Shown here piece by piece: positions 15,150 to 28,300 of a DNA stretch of 64,000 nucleotides. The position numbers and the translations under genes are program-made. The notes beneath the pieces were generated by a model. It ran no database searches. It was not told the origin of the DNA and saw only the letters and a list, made by a program, of their open reading frames with translations. Location: contig NC_092675.1 in NCBI RefSeq assembly GCF_964355755.1, forward strand, positions 29,112,912-29,176,911. Reading direction: 5' to 3'. This DNA comes from Antedon mediterranea. Lineage: Eukaryota; Animalia; Echinodermata. Within the stretch, counting starts at the first letter, position 1, and every line of letters starts with the position of its first letter.

Positions 15150-18107
15150 CTTTCAGTCTTAAATCTCAGTAAACTAATATATCAAACAAATTATTAAAAA
15201 TTTACTTATTAATAACAAAACAACAAAGTTAACTCGTCTGCGTGAACTAATATTTGCAACTGATGCGCCACCATCAGGTGCTTTGTTTATGTTTACATTT
15301 TGATCCGGTCAGCGTATCCGACGATACATCCGGTTCCATTAATGAGAACTGCTCAGAGTACACTACCATATTTGGTAAAATGGGTTGTTCCATTATTATG
15401 ATTTACATCTTTGTAGTCATCGACCTTCACTTAAGTGGTGTTGTCATAATCCGTTTATTTGACCATATGGTGGGGTCAGTAAATGAACACACTTGAACCT
15501 TTGTAATGTACAAAGTGTTATTGTTTTTATAATTTAGCAAATGACCCTCTTCCTCTCTTCGTCGACAGCTTCTGAATCGCAATCGGCTCATTTAGATTTT
15601 ATTTTTTATGTATGAATGTATTTCTGGAAGGATAATTTACAAATCTACCATGGAGCTATCTACGGAGTCACCACCATAACAAATAAAACCCAATGAAAAA
15701 TAATCAAACAGTTAAAGAAAATCTACATTCTATCTAGTCCCGATTGTAGTCTCCAGACAAACACCGCGTACAAATAAGGAATTTCGCGCCAGTCGTTAAA
15801 CTTGGAATACGTTCAATACAAAGCGCGCCAAATATTCGCGCCAAACTGAACGGCATTGTCGACGACGGGAAGTCATGCCTAATTAAATTCACGAGTCACT
15901 TATCACGACCCAGATTCGGCGTGGGGTGTAATTTGCAACTTTCACTTGTTTTCCCCCCTAAATACGGATACAAGAAGTAGGCCTACGTACGTGAGCAATG
16001 TACTGTAATTGTTTTTTTTATTTATTACTCATGTTTGGTGGTGCTCAAGGAGCAATAGTATATGAGTAGGAGAAAGGGAGACAGATGATGCGATCACAAA
16101 CCTGGTAGACTGATATTTTGATATTTACCCCGGGTAGCCTACACCCAGCCTATAAAAATGGTGTTTTACAATTTAATTTGGAAATCGACCACCCTTAAAT
16201 TCATTATATCAACAAAGTAGGCTTACCGGTTTTGTAGATAAAAAAGCAGACAAAGGATTAAAAATATCAATAACAACTTTGCGGTGACCAATAATGTGGT
16301 TTTCCGTGAAGTATTGCTCTCCCGCGATAACAGCCCCCATCGGAACAAACGACCTGCTGATTACCGGTGGTAGGTACATAATTAAATTGATTTTTATATT
16401 GATAATGCGGAACCACAGGTCGTTCAACCTTGGATCAAAAACTAATCCATGTTTGTTTACACATTTTGTATTTATTATCATTTTATACCTGATTTAACCG
16501 TTTGTTTATTTATTTCCTTTATTGCATCCAGTAAACAGTGATGAAGTTCACATAAATACAGGTATTTAAAAAACTTTATCAAAGAAAACAAAACATAGTA
16601 TAACACAAACCAAATAAGTTACTAAAATATATCATAGTCCACAAATCAGTCTTTCAATGGCCATCATATTCATAGTACATCCAGTAACACAAACAAAAAG
16701 GTGGTGTTTTTTTGCATGGTATTTATAAATTTAATGACTCGGCATGTTGGAATGGCCACATTATAATAATTGACCAATATGGAGCTGATTAAGACCAGAC
16801 GGTTATACCTCCCGCACAAAAATGAAAACTGTGTGAATTTGTTGCGCCCTATGGGATCGATTCGGAAAGGCCTGTACTATTATCAGATAGATTTCCTCCG
16901 AACACTCCTTTATTTAATTGATCAAATTCCCGATGTCAACTTGGCTCGTTTCCAAGTTTTGCCATTCATTAATTCTTAAGTTATGCTTGCACACACACGG
17001 AACTATGCGATTGGCTGCCATGTGACACCCAATCATATTATGCTAATCATTCATAATACCGGTTTAACTGTTTGGTGTATTCATGATAAAATTACCTACT
17101 GCGGTAATGTATAATCAAAAACGAATTTAGAAAATGACATGATCAAACATCTATCATCAACATGAATTGTGTTCAATACAAAATGACATTATCTGACGAT
17201 GATACACTGCGTAGGTAGAATTGCCATGGTAAACGCTATCACGTGTATGACCATAAATGGACATGAAGAGGAACGACAGCTGATAACTATATGTGTTTAT
17301 TTCATATTGAAACAATTATCAACAGAAAATGTAGAAATATGTGCGGCATGACGACCAAAAGGAAGCGTATATAATAGCATATAAAATGAAATCAATCCAT
17401 AAAAAATGTATGATCAGAAATGATACGCTTGAGGGATCCAAACAGCGGTTACCGTAAAATCATCAAGAAAACGGTGTTACCGTAAGACTTGGAAATTAAC
17501 ATAAAAATTCTGAAGCATAATTGAGTCGGATTCGGTCTTGCATCACTAAGGGTGTTACGCGTATTTTACCGCCAAACGTCCCTCACTTTAGTTTTATCAA
17601 AATGAGATATATTTTGTGGTTTAACATTATTAGTAACGATTTGGTATTATGATCTGACAATGCTTAAAACCACTAAGATTAAGTAAGATTTTAAAACGGA
17701 AGTTTGACAATGAACACCTTTAATCTATACGTATTTCTCGTTGATTATTAGAAAAAATGATAATTTATCATTTATAAATGACCTCAAAAACTAGATGATA
17801 CTTTCAATCATCCTTGATACGTTGGAAATGTTTTACATCGTCTCTTTTTGCGCTAGCCTACTATAACCAACAACCTTAGTTCGAGAAATATTGTTTTTAT
17901 TATATATCTAACTACTAACCACGTTAATTAATATACTGTAATAATTATATGAGCCTATGTTTAATATTTATACTGTGTTTATACTTTTAATAAACAGAAA
18001 ACGACACTTACCGTCTTGTCGAATTTTCATCAATCATGCTGACTAAATTTATGAATTATCCCAAATATTAAACTTTCCTACTAAAAAATAAGATATATTA
18101 GACTCAC

Positions 18108-18137
18108 CAGTGGTTTGTATTCTTTTTGTTCCGCCAT
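18108..18137 (-). CDS. Alternative first coding exon of the SLC6 gene (MAEQKEYKPL)
   Basis: ATG at 18137 and 10 codons ending at a phase-0 GTGAGT donor, compatible with the phase-0 acceptor at 14553. A promoter-like region lies directly upstream. Confidence 0.65.
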
Positions 18138-18234
18138 AGATACAATGTTTTCAATATAATAATTTGTAAATGCTTTTATTTCGTGTTTGTTGTGTTCCGT
18201 TCACTTTGTTATTGTGGAGATGTCAACAAAGCTG

Positions 18235-18380
18235 TGCATATATACTACTACGGCACATTATTGTTATTGGCTTTCTTGTGAATGGATTGTGTGACGCATA
18301 GAGTTACGCTATTGTGATTGGCTTATAGAAAAGGTGGACGTATTTTGCTTAATATAGTTCAGCTGTCCTGATTGGCTAAG
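18235..18380 (-). promoter_or_regulatory. Putative distal SLC6 promoter: TATA-like element plus three CCAAT boxes
   Basis: TATATA near 18240 and ATTGGCT (reverse AGCCAAT) at about 18266, 18317 and 18371, spaced roughly 52 bp apart, about 100-240 bp upstream of ATG 18137. Confidence 0.55.
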
Positions 18381-21300
18381 AGAAAATAGGTGGGCAAAGC
18401 TATCAATTAAAATTGATAAAGGGGCAGTCAAGGTTGTTATTGTATACCTCCCCATCTATACTGTAGTAAGAATTTTAAATATTTTATATTATACGGTATA
18501 ATAACACCAAAGACGGAAATACTTGGTAAATGTGTTGGTTCTGTATGTAGCCTATTGATGCCAGTACTCGTTAATTACAGACTCCTCGTTTATTAGTGGA
18601 TTTGAGGCATTCTTGACAAATGACAATGATTTTATTTCTACTGGATCATAGGATTTGGGAGAGAGAGAGAGAGAGGTCTGTGGCTATCTTATCTAGGTCG
18701 GCCTACCTACTTCCTATTAACCTTGAGGAAACGAACAAATCACAGTTTCGTAGAATACCAAACCTAGTAATACACCTACTTCCACTTAATCAGTTGGCTA
18801 GGGAGTATGAATCTCTGATTGACGACTTGGTTCCTCGACCCTCATAGTTCATCTAGACCCATGTGCATTCAATGGTTGATGTTTTCTGTAGCCCTAGTAC
18901 GGATATCTATTTTGTGTACTGATGAATGCGCTGGAAAATTGTCAATCGATTAACATAAAAAATATTAATATGTAAATGACATTTTCTTTACTACTTTTAC
19001 TAAATTTAACAGCACTTATGGAGTGAGTTTGGACTTAATAGCCTATTCACACTCCAGTATTCGAATATCACAAATCTAAGTAGTCACCTTCCGCATTCTA
19101 TTGTTCCCAAATATGTTACTTTTCTTGTGTCTTTTAAAATGAATTGTTGTGTTTTTGTTTGGCAGTGAAATACAATGACACAAATGACTCAATCAATGGA
19201 TAATAACAGTGATCCTCCCAAATTAATTTTCCATGCCCAAAACAATACATACATGATGTCTCATTTCAACGTGAACTTATCTCATTCTGAAAATTGAATA
19301 GTATAATATGTAGTATGGCTCATTGACTCATGGGAACTATTATTATAGATAGGTACAAAGGGCGTACATTTTAGGTTAAATCACAGCGAATGCCTTTATT
19401 CATGGGTATCAAATTATTGTGGTTTTAAATATGGCTTCCATACGATGTTGTGTATTTAAAGTTACTCGGAAAGGAAAAAATATGGAATGCTGACGACTTC
19501 TAAAAATAGACCTGCTGTATATCATTATTATCATTTTAAAAATAAATACGTATGGTGTGAAAACTGTCATAAATGCGAACTGTTATTATAATTCCATGCT
19601 CTTCGGTCAGATCCAAACTTTTCGCTTAGTCTATATTCAAATGGCATGTTCATCTATTATTCATGACGTCACTCACAACCAGTTACAACCAGTGTAGCTT
19701 ACGTAAACATTGTAGTATTTTATTGATCATAATAATAATATGATTATTTCCATTATAAACATCTTAACGAAATGTATTATAACTCCATCTCAACCATAAA
19801 CATAAAAGAAAGTAGATGTTGAAAAGAAAGTGTTTTGTATACTGTAGAATACGGTATTTTAACGCACTGAGTTGGTATTTTTTGGAATAAAGAATAAAAA
19901 GAGTTAAGGGGATACGATTTTTTAACGTATGCCCAAATAAGGTTCTAATTGAGGGTATAATCAAATTACAATGATCTTTTTCATATTTTTAAAGTGTTTG
20001 ATGATTAAAATAAAGTTATTTCAGATGTTTTGTATAGGCGAATACTTAAGAGATGAATAAATAAGTATACCTTTATTAATTAATCCGTTTTTGCAATGTT
20101 TTAAAAGAAAAATATAAACAAATATCTAATGTTCTTGGTCGAATACTAATATTACAGACTTTCAACTTTGGATATTTCGATTAGATATTGATTGGTTTTT
20201 ATCAAGGCCAGTTTCTTTCATCAATTTTACTATTTTTAATTTATAATTCGGATGATGAATTGATGCTTGGCAGAATGCCAGACTTTAAAGCAGACTTCTC
20301 GTCGATTGTTTACAAATATTGATGCTAATTATTGCGTGGGCCACTGGCAGTAATTTATTCACATACATTTATAATAATATTGTATATATTTATTATATTA
20401 TTAAAATAATAATCGCATTATGATCTAAGTCTTTTTTGCCATATGATTAAAATACGTTATTTTGTTATTTATTATATCATTTTGTATAATTTATCATTTT
20501 TACTTTTTTCCATTTAAAAAAAAGTTCTGTCTGTTTTTAATGATAACACTTTCAATATTTACTAATACCATAGTAATAAATATCTCTATATGCTATAATA
20601 CCCATAAAAAAAATTAAAAGCAAACGGACCATAATTAAAAGTGTTTATTTTGTTTTTAAAATTATGTAAAGACTGCAGCAGTTAATTAAATTTATTATAA
20701 GACTATTAATATATGATTACTTAAATCATGGAGTAATCTTATTACTTCATACTTTACAATAGACAGGATTATCATTGGTTTCCTAAATGTAATCCCACCC
20801 ACATGACGTATACTACATAATAGTATGACGTCACACAACAATAATCCATCTAAACCTCTTTTCTTCCCCAAGTCAAATTAAATGATAGTATTACGTAGAT
20901 AATCCGGTTGTCTTCGTGTAATAAATGCACTTTTGTCGAAAATACCCGTCGAAAATACGAAAACTCCACAAGAGCATGTTATGTTTACAAACGTATACAC
21001 ACTCTACACCCTAAGTATGGGTGTAGCCACTTTTGTCGAATGACGCCTACGGCAGAGAGATATTCTGAATATTTTAATATTAACATTTTTAGGCCGCTGT
21101 AATAAAATGAAAGCGAACGGAATACCAGAGATGTTTGAAAACATGAGACTGAGTGTTTGATTGTAAACACTCGTATTTTTATCTATGATCATCTTCACGA
21201 AACATAAATTGAAGGCCTACATAAAACACATGATCACGTGTTACATAATGCGATGGTTTCAATTAATTCATTATTTACAAGCCACCAAAATGAAATGTAA

Positions 21301-21979
21301 ATAAATAATTAATCTCAATAAAGAGAAATCACTAGGAAAATTAAGAAATAATTATATAATTTACCCATAAATAGGGAAAGAAACATCAAACAATATTATA
21401 ACAATACTTTAAAGTATTAACGAGGGAATGATATTTTATTCTAGGGAAAATATTTCCCGAAGCGCGTAATAAAAAAAAGCATAATGTCAAAATACTCTAA
21501 TAATATCTGAACTCATACATGGAGTAATACTAATGATAATTATGCTCGAATATAACCATTTAGACATCGTCGTCTGTATAGGTAGATTTAAAAATGATTG
21601 GACGTCTACCAAATATTATAAGTAGCTTCAGACTTCAACCTGTCCGTCTGCATCTCTTCTGAACATGCATTCCATCTTCGAATTGATGTTTTCAAAATTA
21701 ACAAAGATATAAATAGAATATATGCGAGAGAGAGATGCGAATAGGAATTTAATGAAAATTTAACAAGATTGCTTTCCAACTTGACGTCATAAAGAGCACG
21801 CGTACGAGTCCCGTGATTTCCGTGACGTAATTATGCTGTAATTACGATGCCGAGGTGTTTGTATAACGTATCACGCGGAATTCATAATACACTTTATGTC
21901 GGCGGAGGCTACATACGGGTAATAGGCTTCCGCATTTATTTTTGTGTACGGTATTTTATTGTAAAAATATTCTCTCACT

Positions 21980-22145
21980 ATCATCATAATTCATAGCATT
22001 TCCATCATCATCTATACAATATATATCTGAAATATCATCATCATCATCTCATCATCATCATCGATTGTCGTCATCATGGATGGAGGCTGTCATTATCACC
22101 ATTGATAGTGATCATCATCATCATCATCATCATCGTCATCATCTT
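21980..22145. repeat. Imperfect (CAT)n microsatellite upstream of HSDL2
   Basis: Directly visible. Confidence 0.75.
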
Positions 22146-22346
22146 AATCAGTTGATTTTCCGAATTATCATTCCTATTTATGTTATCACATTCCATCGTT
22201 TTCATCATTTTATTGTGGTCATCTTCATAATTGGCATGGTCATATTTATCGTGCGCGCACGGTCACACGATGAACTTTTAAGAACGACATAGAGGGCGGT
22301 AAACATTTTTTATCTGTGTAGTGTGTGACCTGGAAAAAAATCAGTA

Positions 22347-25300
22347 ATGTTGAATACAGGGTAAGGATTATTGATATAATTTAAATGCCATTATTTAATA
22401 TATTTGAAAAATTATATCATGTTTACGTGTTCGTATATTATTGCAATATTATGGGTAACATTTTAGTGTGTGTGTTATTTGTATATTATACCAATTAAAA
22501 GTTTAGTCCAGGCCTCCTGTTCCCATCGCCGGGTTTGCAGACACCGACGGAGTCGACCCCATCACTGCCTGTGTAAAAAAACCAATAGGGCCTAGCCAAA
22601 ATATCAGGGCGTTTGGAGATCGTACTAGTTGTAGGCCTAATTAGGGTATTATTGAATCTGGTGAATGTAGGGATTTCTCATTATAATATAGTAATAATTA
22701 ATAATAATTGTGTCCCATTAACCCTACAAACAACCTGTATTATAGGCCTACATCAATGCCATGCCAAAAAATACATACAAAGTACTGACATTAGAGACAA
22801 ATATATTTAACTATTGTCATTGACGTTAAAATATCATAATTTTTCAATTTTTCTATACTAACTACTGTACCCTCATTTATTAAAATAAATACAAACATAT
22901 TTGTCAGTTTTAATTTTAACTGGTAGATACTGGTACAAATTTACAAACTAATTGAATATGTCCCACCCAAATAAGTTTGTTTAATGGTAATGCAGTCAAC
23001 TCTCCCAATACCGGACTCTCTGAAAACCAGAAACTCTCTTTCCTGGGGCCGTAAAGGTCATAAATTCTTTTTTACCATTAAAAAGGCATTTCAGAATACC
23101 AGACTTAACAGAAAACCAAACATATTGGGAAGTCTGGTATTGGAGTTGACTTTATTAGAAAATCTGTGTTAAGTCATTCCTTTCAAATTTAAAGAACAAT
23201 ACAAATGCTACATACAATTTGCAATATTTGTGGCGCAATTATGAAATTGTACAAGGATTAAAATAAGAATGCAAAGAAATTTGGCAAGGATCTGTACAAT
23301 TTACCTTAGCACAATTTTATATTTTATTTACTGTAAATAATAAAGTAAGTAGATAATTTAATAAATATATAAGTAATAATTAAGTAAATTAAATAAATAA
23401 GTAAATATATATTACGGGGCGCTGATAATCATCCATGTTATTGTCTAATCACCCTGTCCTGATCACGTTATTACTCCGTGAAACAAACAGGTTATAGTGG
23501 GAACAGTTTAAGCTTGCAACACAGAGGGTCGCAGTAAATGCATGTAAATAATAATATGTTATTGTTAGAATTAATATTAACCCGAATATTTTGATAAATG
23601 CTAGATAATAATTGATGACAATGGCTCAAAGTTCAAACCCAAAATAAGCACATGCTTAAACTGAAGTAGTAGTAGGCGTATTGCAAATTAAAGGCACACT
23701 GTAGGGTAATAATTCTAACTATGACTGGTCACAAACAAGGGCAAGTCTGAAAATCATTTTTATGTTTAGCCTTTTTAGGTCAAGACTAGTTTTATCATGT
23801 AGTACTTGCTATCAATTCTAGTGGGTAACAATGATTTGGTGCATCGTTTACATAGGATAGGTAGTTGCAAATCAAAAGCTCCCTATAAATATTATGAGTC
23901 CTATGTATTGGTCATCGCAAAACGGCACGCGGCATGCTACAAAGTAGCACTAGCAGCAAAATTATTAATATTGTTCTGTCTTTTGCAGAAAGCTAGCTGG
24001 TAGGACACTGTTTATCACTGGTGCTAGTAGAGGCATCGGAAAAGCCATCGCACTAAAGGCAGCTAAAGATGGTGCTAACATTGTTATAGCTGCCAAGACG
24101 GCACAAGCTCATCCAAAGCTACCAGGCACCATATACACAGCAGCAGAAGAAAGTGAGTGAATGTGTTTTCATTTGTTCTGAATTACTTTGTTACTTAATG
24201 TTTATTTGTTTGACCTGTGTGAGCAAGAATAAATATATATAGTAATTAAAGGATCATTGCGATGAGAAGACCTTTAAAAATAATAAGGGAGGCCGTTGTA
24301 CAGTAGGTACAGTATGAATTAAGATAGCCTGGGCTTACAACCAAAAAATAGTTGAGGCTAAAACAGTGGCCACATCAAAATCTCTGCCCTGAGGTTGATA
24401 GCACACTGCTGTACTCTAAATTGAGTGCTTGAGTTGCAGGTTCTTGATTTTATTCAGTACGAGTGACACATTCTTTAAGGAAATCTCATAATCTAGTTGC
24501 TACTCTTCTGGCAGACCTGTGTCAAGGATCAGTTTCCTCTTCTGTCCAGCCATGTTTAGTGTAGGCCTATTGCACTCAAACAGTAACATTAACATGAACA
24601 GTAATTCTTCAAATTAAAAAATTAATTAAATTTAAAAAGATAATTTAACAAGAAACAAAGGATCAATTTTGACAGAAAATGATAAATATATAAAATATAA
24701 TAAATTAAAAAATGTGTTGTTCTTCGTCAATCTAGTAGAAAAAACTTTTGATTACACTTGTTTTAATAAAAACCAAACTGGAATCTTATAAGGGGCAAAA
24801 GGTCCCAAATCTTGTCCTACTCTTGTATTTGAAAATGAGCTCAAGAAATCCTGCTAAATTTAGTAAAATTTGCTGATAAACTTTTAAGCAGCAATATGTG
24901 AGCATAGTTGCAAGGCTGTAACAATCAACCACTAATTTGCAATCAACCACTAATGTAACATTAACCAATAACGCAACAATCAACCACTATGAAACATCAC
25001 CCACAATTTTTGTTACGTTAGTGAGTGATACAGGTGCTAGGACCTGAAACAATTCAAAGTTGACTGTGAGACTAAACCAACTGAAGGGATTTGTGAATAG
25101 GATTATACTCAAATCAAATCAAGTATTATGGTATATCTGTGTAAAGAGGACAACAATTCCTTAGGTCAAGAAAGATAAACAGAAATATAGCAAGATAATG
25201 TAGGTGATTAAGAAGGTTCCACGTGGCTAATGTCCAGTTATGATTGGTCAAGGTGATTTTTTATCCTCATCCTGCGCTGAAGAGGGTCAATAATTTGATA

Positions 25301-28300
25301 ATTACCGTAGGTCAGGGGGATATTTTTGGTATTTCAATTATCTGTTACTATCTTGTCAGGAAACCAATGATAATCATCTTGTTAATGTTATTAACATGCA
25401 TAGTAATTCTAAGATTTAAATGTTTAAGTAAACAAATTGTACTAAACCATCTTTTTTTTAAATCACAGTTTTCTTTACTAAGTGTCTTTTGGACGAAAAG
25501 AAATGTTTTTGAATTGAATTTTTGTTTTGTTATTTGTTTTTTTTTTCCCACAAAAACTACAGTAGTAAAAGATTAAAATAAACTAGATTTAATTCGTCAC
25601 TATGACGAATTATAGGTTATATGCATTGATTTAAATAAAGATAATTGATTTTTAAAAGATATATTGATTGATTGATTTTCTCAGAATCTTTAATTATTTA
25701 TAATATATGATAGGACCTTGCTAACGCGAACACCTTAGCCGGTATCACAATCCGATCAAAGATCCATATGCGTATAATGTCATAAACCACATTTGTTGTT
25801 ACATAAAAATAAAGACATAAGTTACTTTTTATCTAGATTTCATTATAAATCATGTGTATAATCTATACACTAAAAAATAAATTTGAACAAACAATACTGA
25901 TAATAAAAAAAAAATCTTATTTCTTTTCCCAAGGTGAGACTCGATCTCGGTACCTTAAATGCCATAGACACGAGCACAGACCATCGAGCCATACACAACT
26001 GACTAAAAGTTGTAGAAAAATTCCTCCGTGTATTTACTATGCAGTAACCACTTTGGTGCAAATAGATTATTACATACCGCAATGAATTATAATTTTTTAC
26101 TATGATGACATCTTTAAAAATGTAAAAAAATGATGCACTGTCAAACTATATACTTTTAACTTTAATATATGAACTTCTTAAGAAAGAAAGTTTAAGTTAT
26201 TTCGGCCTAAGAAAATGTCATAATTTTTTTTGATTGTCGAAATTATTTTTTTTCAATTTAATATGCAATCAATGAAGACTTAATCCACTTTTGTTCTCTT
26301 AATTGGATAATAAATTATACATATGATACATACACTTCAAGAAAAGGAAATAAAAAATAGGTGTTCCCCAGCATTCTGACGATATATATTAATTTTAAAA
26401 TTAGCCTGTCACTTTTGACGTGCTCGTATAACGCAATTTTGAGTTGAAAAGTGAATCAAATATGATGATATTATTAAAGAAAGACTGTAAAACAGAAATC
26501 GGGCAAAAAGAGTGCGCATTAACGTTTAACGCACAGTGCGCGTGCAAAAATCTGCGCACTCATGGCAATTTTTTACACGGCTAAAATTGCCTGAAACGTA
26601 CTCTAATTTCATCGAAAATAAATGTTGACAATTTTGAACATTTTAAGCGCGCGTACGCAAGCGTTATATGCGCTACGTGCGTAATTGTATTGCCATATGA
26701 TGAAATATGACCTGACATTTATGAGTACCAAATTTTGTTTAATTGTGATTCATGCTTGTGAAGATATGATTACAAACGTGATTTCGTTAAATCGCGCGTA
26801 ATGATTGATTGCGCACCGTGAAAACATAACCACATCGATTCCTGGCCAAAAGGAATATACTCTAAAAAATTGACTTAGCTAGATGAAACTGATGCCAAGA
26901 TAATTCACGGACAAAATAGTGCTAAGGAAAGAATAAATAAATAAATAAATAAAGATCCTGACAGAATCAAGAGGTTATATGCATTAATGCATATAACCTA
27001 CCGTAATAATATATTTATGTTTTTTGTATTATAATTGCTTTATTTTCTGTTATTTTAAAATATTATAATGGCTTTTTAAAATGTAATTAAATATGACTTC
27101 ATTATATCCAGGTTGTGAGACTTATGGCATCGTAATTAAACCAGATATTTACTTTAATTAAAGCCATTGAACTCTATTATTATTGTTTTTAAGTAACAGA
27201 TACCATATGGTAAGAGGAAAAACAACAATTTCAAATAAGAGTATATTTTTCTTAGAATTTTGTAATTAAAATTTTATTTGTAATAATTTAATACAATTCT
27301 GTAATTGTGTATTGGATAAGATTGTCAAATATAAAATGTCCCATATCCCTGTTGAATCCATTTTGGGGACACATTAAATTCTCAGTTCATGATACTGATA
27401 GTTGTTTTCAGACACCAAACTCTCGCAATAATCGTTATTTTCTTTCCTTCCTACCATAAACCATCAACTTCATATTTTTTTTATTTTAAATGTAAACAAT
27501 ATTTATACCATACAAAAAATTTATATATTGTTGCAGTATTGTTTAATCTTTATCTTAATATTTTTCTGGGAATAATTAATAAAGACAATGACATTTCTAT
27601 TTTTGGCTAGTCACTCCTAAATCTGGTGGTACAAATTGATAAATAAACATGTTTACACACAGAGCTTTATAAATAATAATATTATGGAACATATTTTATA
27701 CAATGCAAATTACTGAAAGCACAAAAGTGTTTTCTCTGGGTATATAGCTGGATTGATTTAGATGAAATAAATAAGTAAAAATGTTAAAAACCAATATTTT
27801 GTGTTTATAATTTACAGTTGAAAAGGCAGGCGGAAAATGTCTTCCGTGTATCGTGGACATACGAGAGGAGATTCAAATTCAAAATGCAGTTGATGAAACG
27901 GTGAAGATGTTCGGTGGAATTGATATCGTAGTGAACAATGCAAGCGCCATTAGCCTTACAGGGACGCAGGAAACATCGATGAAAAAATATGATTTAATGC
28001 ATAATGTGAATACGAGAGGAACTTACCTAACGTAAGCAGCTGGGTTTTGCAATCATGTCTTAATATTTTTCAATATACATCCATCATTTACAATAAAATA
28101 TATATTAGATACATTACCTACTTATGTTGTATGTACAGTATGTACAAAAGGAAATCATTAAAAATGTCAGTAACAAATGTTATACTATGGTCAATATATA
28201 TATAATATTTAATAATGTCTCTACAGTAATTGTCCATTTTGTCTCTACAGTAATTGTCCATTTTGTCTCTACAGTAATTGTCCATTTTGTCTCTACAGTA

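Noticed and set aside
22065-22292. His-rich ORF upstream of HSDL2
   Set aside because: Derived from a (CAT)n microsatellite, with no splice or homology support.
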